Shown here piece after piece: positions 9,135-17,821 of a DNA stretch of 64,000 nucleotides. The stretch's first letter is position 1, and each line of letters starts with the position of its first letter. The translations under genes and the position numbers were made by a program. The stretch spans positions 7,731 to 71,730 of the forward strand of contig ASNI01000003.1 of assembly GCA_000404785.1 (NCBI GenBank), in the 5' to 3' direction. The DNA is from Cloacimonetes bacterium SCGC AAA252-N17. GTDB lineage: Bacteria > Cloacimonadota > Cloacimonadia > JGIOTU-2. The notes beneath the pieces are model-generated. The model saw nothing but the letters and a program-made list of their open reading frames with translations, made no database searches and was not told the origin of the DNA.

Positions 9135-10913
9135 TCAGGAGTTCAGTTTTTTGAGCATAAGCCGTATATCCGGAGCAAAGGTCCCTTGTGGAAACTCGAG
9201 TAAATAAGCAGTATAATATGCAAAAGCTTGTTCATTCAAACCAAGCTGGTTAAAGCAATTCGCAGTCATGAAGCACACATATTCCCTGTATGGACCATCA
9301 TTGCTTTCTAGTAATTCTCTACAAAGCTCAACAGCGGATGCATACTCTCCCTGATTAAAATAATAATCGGCAACCTGCAACTTTAGATATGATACAGTAG
9401 CAGAATCCTGAAGGACAATAGATAATTGCTCAATATCTTTATTCAACAATGCATTGTTATTAAAATACATATTTCTAAGAAGTGAAAGAGCCGCTCTCTT
9501 TACATCATCATCTGCTTGCTTGAGATGTAACTCATTATTCATTGTACGATACATTCCGGCAATATCGTTTATAAATTTGGATTCATAATCATGAGCAAAA
9601 AAATCTTTAGAAAGTGAATCTGCTGCAGAAAAATCTCCTTTGAGAAGTACTGTTTCAATACGCTTCATCTTTGCTCTTTCCTTCACATCTTTATTGTAAT
9701 GTTTATTATCAATAATTTCAGTTAATATTTTCTCACTCTTTACATAATCTTCTTGATGTAAATAGCATTGTGATAGTAATATGTTAAGCTCAGCCTTATC
9801 CGTTAAAACATTGGCAAAATCAAGCGCTTTTTCCAGGTATATTTGTGACTGCACAGGATTTTGATATTCAAAAAGCTCAAGATATGCAAGATTTTTATAT
9901 GCTCCAAAAATATATGCTGAAGGCAGCGATGCTTTCGTCTTTTGATAAAGTTCAGTAACTTTTTTATAATGCTTATATGCCTTTTCGTGATCATTAAGTA
10001 AATAATATAGCTCCCCTATCTTATTTTCCAGAAAGAGAACTGTCTGCTCATCCTTTGTAGATTTAAGTACTTCAGAAAGACATTGAATACTGAGCTTGTA
10101 CAAATTCTGTTTCTCTGAAAGGGTTGCAAGCTTTATCAAGGCATCATTACCAAGAGTTTTATATATTTCAAATGCTTGTTGATACTGACCTGCCAGAATA
10201 TAGAATTCACCGATCAGCTCCTGCAATCCTACACCCGGCTCTTTCTCATATCGATCTTCTATCGCTGTAATTATCTCTTCATAAGAAAGATTGAGCTTCT
10301 CTAATCGATAACGCACATTTTTATAGGTTTTATTGTCTAAAATATTTAAGTACTCATTCAACGCATCGTAAGATCTTTCCTGTAACTGATAAACATTAGC
10401 TAATTCCTGAGCAAATACTATTGAATTCTTTGATTCCTTTCGTGCTTTTAGATATAATTCAATAGCATCATCGTAAAGGTAATATTTTTGATATACCTTC
10501 GCGACCTGCTTGATAATCGATAAATTAACTTTAGCATTTTTGAGCATAACTTCTGCCATTTTCCTGGCTTCATCAAGCTGATTTTTCTTGATCAGTAATT
10601 CAATTCGTGTAATTTCATAGTAATTATTAGTGAGGAAATTCTTCTCATCTTCAAGAAATCTTTCAAGAGAATCGAGTTTATTTGTTCTCATATAGAGATT
10701 TATTAAGCTGCTAACTACCTGTCTGTTATGCGCAAAATTCTCAAGTAATTGTTTATATAATCTTTCGGCTTTAATAATGTTTCCCTGCTGTTCATAATGC
10801 AATGCTTCCCGAATTTTTACCTGAAGTACCGCTTGATCATCAACTGCATAGATTGTCTGTGTGAAAAGTATGACAAAACAGGTTATTGCAATGAGATATC
10901 TAATTATTTTCAT
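9135..10913 (-). CDS. TPR repeat-containing secreted protein
   Basis: 592-aa ORF with signal peptide MKIIRYLIAITCFVILFTQTIYA and repeated TPR-like helical pairs (A..Y....L........A). It overlaps the stop of the upstream gene by 14 nt. Confidence 0.8.
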   Translation of the reverse strand: MKIIRYLIAITCFVILFTQTIYAVDDQAVLQVKIREALHYEQQGNIIKAERLYKQLLENFAHNRQVVSSLINLYMRTNKLDSLERFLEDEKNFLTNNYYEITRIELLIKKNQLDEARKMAEVMLKNAKVNLSIIKQVAKVYQKYYLYDDAIELYLKARKESKNSIVFAQELANVYQLQERSYDALNEYLNILDNKTYKNVRYRLEKLNLSYEEIITAIEDRYEKEPGVGLQELIGEFYILAGQYQQAFEIYKTLGNDALIKLATLSEKQNLYKLSIQCLSEVLKSTKDEQTVLFLENKIGELYYLLNDHEKAYKHYKKVTELYQKTKASLPSAYIFGAYKNLAYLELFEYQNPVQSQIYLEKALDFANVLTDKAELNILLSQCYLHQEDYVKSEKILTEIIDNKHYNKDVKERAKMKRIETVLLKGDFSAADSLSKDFFAHDYESKFINDIAGMYRTMNNELHLKQADDDVKRAALSLLRNMYFNNNALLNKDIEQLSIVLQDSATVSYLKLQVADYYFNQGEYASAVELCRELLESNDGPYREYVCFMTANCFNQLGLNEQAFAYYTAYLLEFPQGTFAPDIRLMLKKLNS

Positions 10914-13900
10914 GCTGTATCTTTTCCAAATATTCTTTTATCAAACGATGGTACTCTTCCGGATAATTTTCATTAATATACTTTAGAATATCCCGAACTT
11001 CCATGTTTGTAGTGTCAATAATGAGATTGTCCGGCACATCCCACTGCTGTTCATCGGGTGTTTCGGATTCTCTTTTCTTGCTGTAATCCCGCTCATGGAT
11101 AGAGCGCTGAGCATCAAGCAGTCGGGAGAGGATTTTGTTCTGCTGGCGGATCACCTGCTCATCAATTATGCCCCGCTGAAGCTTCTCCACTACTTCTTTT
11201 AACTCATTCTTCAATCCCTCCATATTTCCAAGTAATTTTTCAGCTTCAGGATAATCCCGCAGCATTCGTTCAAAATTCTCCTTTATCTGCTGCTCGTTGC
11301 CTGCAATTCTGTCTATCATCCCTTGCTGCTGTGGTGTCAAGCCCTTGCCCTGTTGCAATTGGCCCATCATTTGCTCAAGCATTGCCTGGGTAAGCATATT
11401 TATCGATTGCTGCCCCTGTGACATCTGCTGAAGCTGTTGTAAAAGCTGCTGCATACTTCCACCGGAGCCCTGCGGCTGCTTGCTCTTCGAGAGCAAAAGA
11501 TCAATGATCATTAGATTCATTGCCTTAAATATTTCTTCTTTGTCTTTCTGAATATTGTAATGGCTGTTTTCAGAAATTTTTTCGAACATTCTTTCAAAGC
11601 TATTGAGTGCAATTGCAGAATGAGGAAAAAATTTTGGATCCATCATTAGAATGATCATGGGATTCTGAAAAAGCGTGTTGACCGAATTCTTGATGCCTTC
11701 GTACATGCTTATCTCTTCATCGAGAATATCATAGGTATTATAGGATTTATCAAGGAAACGCTCCTGTTTTTTGGAGAAGAAAAGCATCTCATTAAGGGTT
11801 TTCTTGAGCAATTTTTGAAACTCGGTCATGAGCGATGCCTGCATTTTCATCTGCGCCATGCATATTGAATTCCTGAGTTCAGAAAAACCAACAAGTATAT
11901 CACATTGCTTCTTTTTAACCTGCTTGTCATTAGATTTAAGCTGCTGTGTCGCCATTTGAAGCGCATTAGTCAGTTTATGCTGCGCTGCTTGTTTGAGACC
12001 TTTCTCGATCTCATTTGCGGCATTCTTTTCACTATTTTCTGCAAGCTCTTTTGCAAGTTCCTCTAACTCTTTTTTGAGCGATTCATATTTTTCATGAATA
12101 TCTGACTGCGAAGGAGCAAGTTCACTCAATTGCTGATCTTGATCAATACGTTCAGAGGTTTGCTGGTTTAACTGTTTTTGCAGTTTTTCCAGCTCTTCTG
12201 CCTGCTGCAACGCTTTTTGCAATTTCTGTTCAAGTTGAATACTCTTTAACAATTTTAAAGTTTGCTCGAGTTTTTTATTAAACTCCTCTTGTGAAAACTG
12301 GAAGTTATTCAGCGCATTTTTCATCTGATCGGGCGTGATCTTCTCTATCTGCTTTTGCAGTTCTTTCATTGCTTTTTCAAGCTCGGGAGATGAGATTTCC
12401 TTCATGATCTCATGGATCTGCTTCAATTTTTCTAAAGTTTCCTTTGCAACTGCTTTGTTTTTCTCGAGCTCATCAACAAACTTTTCATATTCTTTAGCTG
12501 CTTTTTCTGCCTTCTTAGCAAGCTCTTTTTGCTTCTTTATCACTTCCTTCAGATCTTCCTTCTGTTGCCAGTCCATCTCCTCATTTTTGAGAAATTTCCT
12601 TCTCAGTTCATCAAATTTTTCTTTGTTTTTTCGAGATTCTTCCAGCGATTCCCTCATATCATCCATATTCCCGGACTGCTGTTTTTGAATTTCTTCATAG
12701 AGCTCTTCGATCGAGGGAAATTTTAACAGGAAAATCTTTGTGTTAGAAGTATATGCTTCAGGAACAGTACAGTTATCATAAACTTTCAAATAATAGAATA
12801 TTACATCTCCAGGAAAGAGTTCCTGATCAGAAACATCGAAATTGTAACTTGCCGTGAGCGTGGTAATTCCGGTTGTGTCAATAACTGTTTTTGAGATGTA
12901 TTCACCATCATTTTTCTTGTAGAGAATTTCAATTTTTTGGATACCAAAATCATCTGAAGCGGTAAAATCAATACGTTCCTGCATGTTTTGAGCAAGGATC
13001 TTGTCCCGTGCAGGCAGGATGATCTCAATTTTTGGTGGAAGATCCTCTTCAGCAAATATAGTCCGTTCAAAAATGTTATTAGTATTTCCAAGAATATCTT
13101 TCAAATAAAAATGGTAACTTCCACTTTTCTCAACCGTAAATCCTGTCCTGTAAGTGAAATCCCCTATCTTCTCAAGTTCGTTTGTGGTGCCGTCAAAAAA
13201 GATGATCCTGTATTCAGTGAGCTCATTATTTACCGTGAGTTCTTCAATAATGTAAGTCCCCTTGATCGCAATGATCTTACCCGAGATGTCATTTTCAGTC
13301 CGATTTTTTAGTTGAGTATACGCAGGATAGAAGTAGCTTATCTGCAAATTCTTTATGATGGGTTTTTCCAGCACCAGCACCGTAAAAGTGTCCGACTGCG
13401 CAAATTTATTTGAGACCGCATAATGAAGACTGTCGGTGATATTATAGAGAACATGAGTGTTAGAGTTCATCTTCACAGTTTTCCGGCGTCTCTGCTGCTC
13501 TACGTGAATGTCATAGGATAATTCCTGATAGAAATTTCTTACTTCAATTTGCAGATTGCTTCCTTTAAGGATTGTTGTATTTCCCGTAGAAATTTTTATG
13601 AATGTGTCGTAATGCGGTGCAAATGCTGTGGGATGCAGGATCGTTTTTGCGGAGTTAGTAAGTAATACAGGATTTATGAGGAGTACAAGTATAAAAGCAA
13701 CAGAAGAAAAAAGAATGGAATGAAAGCTTTTCTTCAGTTTTATTGCAGGAAAGATAACTGAAAACTTTACCTCTGATGCTTGATTATTTGCATCATCAAT
13801 TGCTTTTTCAAGAATTTCTTGTGAATAGTGAGCTATATCAGATTGTGTTTCAAATTCAAGAGCAGAAAGAATTATCTCATTATTTTTTGTATCATATTCT

Positions 13901-14175
13901 GAGATTTTATAAGCTATTTGCTTTACAGATGGGATTGTGAAGAGAAATCTTATGATGAAAAATAGGATGACAATTCCTGCAACGAGTTTCGCGATCAGAG
14001 ACCATGTTGTGAGGGTATCATATTTCTCATAGGATAAAGTAAGAGGTTGAATGATAAATGAAAAAACCAGGAAAAGAAGTATAAGAATTGTAATCAGGTA
14101 AAGTGCATTCTCAAGCAGTGAATTGAGAACATATTTATTTCTGAAAGAGATTAAAACTTTTTTATATAAATTCAT
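10900..14175 (-). CDS. Large membrane-anchored coiled-coil protein (DUF4175-like)
   Basis: 1091-aa ORF with N-terminal hydrophobic helices, a central region and a long K/E/Q-rich coiled coil plus a Q-rich tract. The family assignment is tentative. Confidence 0.75.
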   Translation of the reverse strand: MNLYKKVLISFRNKYVLNSLLENALYLITILILLFLVFSFIIQPLTLSYEKYDTLTTWSLIAKLVAGIVILFFIIRFLFTIPSVKQIAYKISEYDTKNNEIILSALEFETQSDIAHYSQEILEKAIDDANNQASEVKFSVIFPAIKLKKSFHSILFSSVAFILVLLINPVLLTNSAKTILHPTAFAPHYDTFIKISTGNTTILKGSNLQIEVRNFYQELSYDIHVEQQRRRKTVKMNSNTHVLYNITDSLHYAVSNKFAQSDTFTVLVLEKPIIKNLQISYFYPAYTQLKNRTENDISGKIIAIKGTYIIEELTVNNELTEYRIIFFDGTTNELEKIGDFTYRTGFTVEKSGSYHFYLKDILGNTNNIFERTIFAEEDLPPKIEIILPARDKILAQNMQERIDFTASDDFGIQKIEILYKKNDGEYISKTVIDTTGITTLTASYNFDVSDQELFPGDVIFYYLKVYDNCTVPEAYTSNTKIFLLKFPSIEELYEEIQKQQSGNMDDMRESLEESRKNKEKFDELRRKFLKNEEMDWQQKEDLKEVIKKQKELAKKAEKAAKEYEKFVDELEKNKAVAKETLEKLKQIHEIMKEISSPELEKAMKELQKQIEKITPDQMKNALNNFQFSQEEFNKKLEQTLKLLKSIQLEQKLQKALQQAEELEKLQKQLNQQTSERIDQDQQLSELAPSQSDIHEKYESLKKELEELAKELAENSEKNAANEIEKGLKQAAQHKLTNALQMATQQLKSNDKQVKKKQCDILVGFSELRNSICMAQMKMQASLMTEFQKLLKKTLNEMLFFSKKQERFLDKSYNTYDILDEEISMYEGIKNSVNTLFQNPMIILMMDPKFFPHSAIALNSFERMFEKISENSHYNIQKDKEEIFKAMNLMIIDLLLSKSKQPQGSGGSMQQLLQQLQQMSQGQQSINMLTQAMLEQMMGQLQQGKGLTPQQQGMIDRIAGNEQQIKENFERMLRDYPEAEKLLGNMEGLKNELKEVVEKLQRGIIDEQVIRQQNKILSRLLDAQRSIHERDYSKKRESETPDEQQWDVPDNLIIDTTNMEVRDILKYINENYPEEYHRLIKEYLEKIQHENN

Positions 14176-14189
14176 TTATAATTCAAATA

Positions 14190-14265
14190 TGGAGCCACCA
14201 GCGGGATTTGAACCCACGACCTACTGATTACGAATCAGTTGCTCTGCCAACTGAGCTATGGTGGC
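14190..14265 (-). tRNA. tRNA-Thr (anticodon CGU), CCA encoded
   Basis: The reverse complement reads GCCACCATAGCTCAGTTGGCAGAGCAACTGATTCGTAATCAGTAGGTCGTGGGTTCAAATCCCGCTGGTGGCTCCA. The cloverleaf is canonical, with anticodon loop TTCGTAA and a GGTTCAAATCC T-loop. Confidence 0.93.
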
Positions 14266-14362
14266 TTATTAGCACGTAATTAACATTCTATACGTAAAGT
14301 AAGAGAAAAGCAAAGTGAGAGGTCGGATTGTCAAGTTTTGGGGAAATAAGAAACTCTCAATT

Positions 14363-14542
14363 TCGACTCCTAAGGAACGAAGCGACAAGGAGTCGAGGTT
14401 TGAAGTGAAACAATACCTCGAATCCTCGCTGCGCTTAGGATTCGAAGTAGATTTATTGAGGTGATAAAATATTGACACAATTTATATTAAAATTAATCAA
14501 TCAATTTCGACTCCTAAGAAGCGAAGCGACGAGGAGTCGAGG
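14363..14542. repeat. Cluster of three related hairpin elements between tRNA-Thr and the next gene
   Basis: TCGACTCCT-16nt-AGGAGTCGA occurs at 14363-14396 and 14509-14542, both preceded by CAATT and followed by GGTTT. The variant TCGAATCCT-10nt-AGGATTCGA at 14418-14445 carries a compensatory C>A / G>T change. Confidence 0.75.
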
Positions 14543-14567
14543 TTTAAATAAAAAGCCACTTCTAATC

Positions 14568-15146
14568 CTACTTTGTTATAAAGTGCGTTCTCCTATATTC
14601 TTTATATCTTTTCCCAAACCAGGGACCTTCATCAAGAATTTGAAGGAAATATTCCCGATCTCCTTTTTCTTCAATAAGCTCACCGGCACCTTTTGCAAGG
14701 TCGTAATATTCTTTCCACCGATCATCATCATTCAATGCCAGAGCCCGTGCATACTCCTCATAAGCAAAGGCAAGATCAAAATCATCAAAGCCGAATTTCT
14801 CGGTAATTTTAAGACAGTTCTGGGCATGATGAAGAGCGGATTCCTTTCTTCCAAGAATTGTGTACACGTGGGCTACCATCCACTCTCCCCGCTGCATATT
14901 TATGGGCTGCCCAACGATCGACCAATGAAGAAGCGACGCATGAGCAAGATTGAGCATTGTTTCGTCTTCTTCATAGTTTCTTTCAGGCATATCAAGAAAA
15001 TTCCAGGTTCTGTTAAAGAAATCCACTGCAAATATCTGATGCGACTGCTCAAGTGTAAATTCTTTGGGCTGTACCTCTTCAGCGTCATCTGCAAAAAGAG
15101 TATATGTGCTGAGTAGAATCAAGGAAAAAACTATTATTTTTTTCAT
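14568..15146 (-). CDS. Secreted hypothetical protein
   Basis: The likely start is MKKIIVFSLILLSTYTLFA at 15146, preceded by GGAGAT. The ORF is continuous and I recognise no family. Confidence 0.7.
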   Translation of the reverse strand: MKKIIVFSLILLSTYTLFADDAEEVQPKEFTLEQSHQIFAVDFFNRTWNFLDMPERNYEEDETMLNLAHASLLHWSIVGQPINMQRGEWMVAHVYTILGRKESALHHAQNCLKITEKFGFDDFDLAFAYEEYARALALNDDDRWKEYYDLAKGAGELIEEKGDREYFLQILDEGPWFGKRYKEYRRTHFITK

Positions 15147-15298
15147 TATATCTCCAAGTTTAATTGCTGTATATTTTCCTGAAATGAACTGCATACTGTC
15201 AATTTATCGGGCTTAAAGAAAAAATCTCACTTTTAATTTGACAATTCAATTTATTCCATACCTTGTATGTATAAAATGATAAAAATCAGGAGACAGAA

Positions 15299-16120
15299 AT
15301 GACAGATATTCAGCAGGATCAGCAGGAGAAGAAAAAGGAACTCTATGAAAAAAATTTGAATAACATAAAACGAACGATCGTGGTGATGAGCGGTAAAGGT
15401 GGCGTGGGTAAAAGCACTGTTAGTGTGAATCTTGCATATTCCTTAGCAGAAAAGGGAAACAAAGTTGGCATTCTCGATGTTGATATTCACGGACCCTCTA
15501 TAGTAAAAATGACCGGTATCGAAAATAAAAGATTGGTTCATCAGGAAGGGCACTCCCCAACTCCTGTGCCAGTCTCAGAAAACCTTTTAGTGCTTTCCAT
15601 CGCATCATTACTTCAGGATCCGGACAGTCCGGTTATCTGGCGCGGACCTATGAAGATGAACCTCATAAAACAGTTCATGGAAGATATTGAATGGCCCGAG
15701 CTGGATTATCTTATTGTTGACTGCCCTCCGGGAACTGGAGACGAACCTCTCAGCGTTATCCAAATCCTTAAGAAAATTTTCGGTGTGATCATTGTTTCCA
15801 CACCACAAGAACTTGCCTATCTCGATGTACGGAAAGCTATTAATTTCGCAAAAAAATTGGAGATCCCCATTCTCGGTATTGTTGAGAATATGACCGAGAT
15901 CGTATGCCCTTACTGCGGACAGAGGATCGAGCTTTTCAAGGCAGGCAGCGGAGAAAAGGCATTAAAGGATTTCAATATTGACCTCCTTGGAAGAATTCCC
16001 TTTGATGTGCAGGTCGTGCAATCCGGCGATACAGGCAAACCCTTTATTGGTGAAAATGCAGACACAGAAGCAGGAAAAATATTCAACGAGATCACTGATA
16101 AAATTTTAGAAAAATTATAA
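15299..16120 (+). CDS. Mrp/NBP35 (ApbC-type) P-loop ATPase, Fe-S cluster carrier
   Basis: Deviant Walker A MSGKGGVGKSTVSVNLA, DVDIHGPS, LIVDCPPGTGDE and a C-terminal CPYCG motif. Confidence 0.9.
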   Translation: MTDIQQDQQEKKKELYEKNLNNIKRTIVVMSGKGGVGKSTVSVNLAYSLAEKGNKVGILDVDIHGPSIVKMTGIENKRLVHQEGHSPTPVPVSENLLVLSIASLLQDPDSPVIWRGPMKMNLIKQFMEDIEWPELDYLIVDCPPGTGDEPLSVIQILKKIFGVIIVSTPQELAYLDVRKAINFAKKLEIPILGIVENMTEIVCPYCGQRIELFKAGSGEKALKDFNIDLLGRIPFDVQVVQSGDTGKPFIGENADTEAGKIFNEITDKILEKL

Positions 16121-16146
16121 ATCCTAAAAAACAAATACATAACTAA

Positions 16147-16181
16147 GACTCCTAAGCAACGCGAGGAGTCGTATTTTTTTT
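16147..16181 (+). terminator. Rho-independent terminator after the mrp-like gene
   Basis: GACTCCT (16147-16153), 10-nt loop, AGGAGTC (16164-16170), then GTA and a T8 run. Confidence 0.75.
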
Positions 16182-16186
16182 GTAAT

Positions 16187-16253
16187 CACGAATTTATCCT
16201 GTTAAATAAAATCTCCGATTTTCCCGGAGGGATTTAACAGGGTTAACACGAAT
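16187..16253. repeat. Nested hairpin flanked by a 7-bp direct repeat (MITE-like or regulatory)
   Basis: CACGAAT (16187-16193) and CACGAAT (16247-16253) flank CCTGTTAAAT (16198-16207) / ATTTAACAGG (16232-16241). An inner CTCCG (16213-16217) / CGGAG (16225-16229) stem lies inside. Confidence 0.6.
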
Positions 16254-16340
16254 GAACACTCATAAAAAAATTCACTCTTTACTTGACAATCCTATTTGCC
16301 GTCTTAAGTTTTGAACATAAGTTCATAACAAGGAAATAAA

Positions 16341-16793
16341 ATGCCACGACCAAGAAAGATCAGACGCGTAAGCAAGCCACCAATTTGCAGTAGGTTCAAA
16401 CCCGTTGGAATACCCGCACGCCTGCTGGAAAGGGTCGATCTTTCTGTTGACGAATACGAGGCGCTCCGTCTCGCTGATTATGAAGGATTCGAGCACAAAG
16501 AAGCTGCTGAAAAAATGGGAATATCACGTCCTACCTTCACCCGCCTTATTGATCAAGCACGAAAAAAGATCGCATCAGGCATCATAGAAGGAAAAGAAAT
16601 TTCTATCGAGGGCGGCGACTTCCAATTCATACAACATATAGTACGCTGCAGAAGCTGTGGTTCGCTTTCCAACTATTCACAACAAGCACCGGTAAAATGT
16701 CCCGAATGCAATGAAGCTGACCTGGAAAATCTTAATCAATATTATCAAAGAGGACGTGGTCGCGGTCGAGGACGATGGGGGCAGGGCAGATGA
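16341..16793 (+). CDS. DUF134/UPF0251 family DNA-binding protein with extra C-terminal Zn ribbon and RG-rich tail
   Basis: MPRPRKIRRV...FKPVGIP...DEYEALRLADYEG..HKEAAEKMGISRPTFTRL is the DUF134 signature. It is followed by CRSCG...CPECN and RGRGRGRGRWGQGR. Confidence 0.85.
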   Translation: MPRPRKIRRVSKPPICSRFKPVGIPARLLERVDLSVDEYEALRLADYEGFEHKEAAEKMGISRPTFTRLIDQARKKIASGIIEGKEISIEGGDFQFIQHIVRCRSCGSLSNYSQQAPVKCPECNEADLENLNQYYQRGRGRGRGRWGQGR

Positions 16794-16832
16794 ATAAAAT
16801 TTTAAATAAATCACAATACAAGGAGGCATACT

Positions 16833-17198
16833 ATGCCACGTGGAGACAGAACTGGTCCTAACGGAATGGGACCTATGACCGGGCGAGCAGCTGGCTTTTG
16901 TTCCGGATACGACAGACCTGGCTACATGAATGCAGCAGGTGGAAGAGGTAACTTTGGACGCGGATTCGGACGAGGATCCGGCTATGGACAAGGATTTGGT
17001 TATGGTCGCGGCTTCGGACGCGGAAGAGGATTTGGTGTAGATTTTGCACCCGCTTATCCTGTTGCATATGCACCATATCCCGCGTCTGCTCAAGCAGAGA
17101 ATGAAAAAGATTATCTTGAGAACGAACTGAATATGATGAAAGAAAATATGAAGCATCTTGAAACTCGACTCAAAGAAATCAAAGCTGCAGAGAAATAG
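16833..17198 (+). CDS. DUF5320 family protein (Gly/Arg-rich, C-terminal coiled coil)
   Basis: MPRGDRTGPNGMGPMTGRAAGFC N-terminus, GRGFGRGSGYGQGFGYGRGFGRGRGFG tract and a C-terminal heptad-like LENELNMMKENMKHLETRLKEIK. A strong AAGGAGG SD is present. Confidence 0.85.
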   Translation: MPRGDRTGPNGMGPMTGRAAGFCSGYDRPGYMNAAGGRGNFGRGFGRGSGYGQGFGYGRGFGRGRGFGVDFAPAYPVAYAPYPASAQAENEKDYLENELNMMKENMKHLETRLKEIKAAEK

Positions 17199-17219
17199 TA
17201 ACCTTATCAGCTATTCATT

Positions 17220-17284
17220 CCACAAAGGACTCAGAGTTCATGGAGAAAGTTTATATGACTCTGTGCTCTCTGACTCCTCTGTGG
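17220..17284. repeat. Long imperfect hairpin between the two DUF5320-type genes
   Basis: CCACAAAGGACTCAGAG (17220-17236) pairs with CTCTGACTCCTCTGTGG (17268-17284) at 15 of 17 positions, with a 31-nt loop and no T-run. Confidence 0.5.
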
Positions 17285-17303
17285 TAATAACTTAGGAGTT
17301 TTT

Positions 17304-17600
17304 ATGCCAAGAAGAGACGGTACAGGTCCGGAAGGTCGTGGTCCCGGAACAGGTCGAAGAAACGGTAGTTGCTTTGGTGCTTTCACAAAGAAAGATGGAA
17401 GCATCTCTGTATGGCGCACACTTGTCATACCTGCTATCGGTGCGATCATAAATGACCTTCGTAAACCAGACAGCATTTCACGAAAAACCGTGAATGCAAT
17501 TGTAAATAAAGTGAAAACAAAACAGATCACAGATAAGAGAAAACCATCTGCGGAAGTAGAAGGCACTTATTCAGTGATCGATACTGAAAAAGGAGAATAA
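17304..17600 (+). CDS. DUF5320-like protein with divergent C-terminal half
   Basis: MPRRDGTGPEGRGPGTGRRNGSC N-terminus matching the DUF5320 motif. AGGAG SD is present, and a hydrophobic segment WRTLVIPAIGAII follows. Confidence 0.7.
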   Translation: MPRRDGTGPEGRGPGTGRRNGSCFGAFTKKDGSISVWRTLVIPAIGAIINDLRKPDSISRKTVNAIVNKVKTKQITDKRKPSAEVEGTYSVIDTEKGE

Positions 17601-17601
17601 C

Positions 17602-17796
17602 ATGCCAAGAGGAAACGGTCAAGGCAGAGGTGTGGGTGGAGGACAAGGACAGGGTCGCGGACAAGGTGGCAATTTCCCGGGTCCCGGCGGTTACTGCGTA
17701 TGTCCTTCTTGCGGGTACAAAGAAACCCATGTGCAAGGTGTTCCCTGCATGAACAAAACCTGCCCCAAATGCGGCGCAAAAATGGCACGAGAATAA
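17602..17796 (+). CDS. Gly/Arg-rich protein with C-terminal CxCPxCG...CPKCG zinc ribbon
   Basis: MPRGNGQGRGVGGGQGQGRGQGG then GGYCVCPSCGYKETHVQGVPCMNKTCPKCG. The ATG is 1 nt after the preceding TAA, with AGGAGA SD. The same module ends ORF 25750-26235. Confidence 0.75.
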   Translation: MPRGNGQGRGVGGGQGQGRGQGGNFPGPGGYCVCPSCGYKETHVQGVPCMNKTCPKCGAKMARE

Positions 17797-17821
17797 AAAA
17801 TAAAATACATTAGGAGATCTG

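Noticed and set aside
12335-13311. Plus-strand ORFs inside the coiled-coil gene (12335-12688, 12529-12726, 12988-13311).
   Set aside because: They are artefacts of the K/E-rich repetitive coding sequence on the opposite strand.
14363-14542. A possible mini CRISPR array, given three similar repeats with spacers.
   Set aside because: There are only three units with irregular spacing. Each unit is itself a stem-loop, one of them is a variant, no cas genes are nearby, and related hairpins occur singly elsewhere as terminators.
14269-15116. ORF 14269-14478 (minus) and the 214-aa ORF 14472-15116 (plus).
   Set aside because: The first is made of tRNA-flanking hairpin repeats. The second is antisense to a better-supported secreted-protein gene (14568-15146) and begins inside the repeat cluster.
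16677-17788. Antisense ORFs 16677-17156 (159 aa), 17231-17566 and 17567-17788 opposite the DUF134/DUF5320/Zn-ribbon genes, and the alternative-frame ORF 25856-26224.
   Set aside because: GC-rich Gly/Arg codon repeats keep several frames open. The sense frames carry the recognisable motifs and SD sequences.
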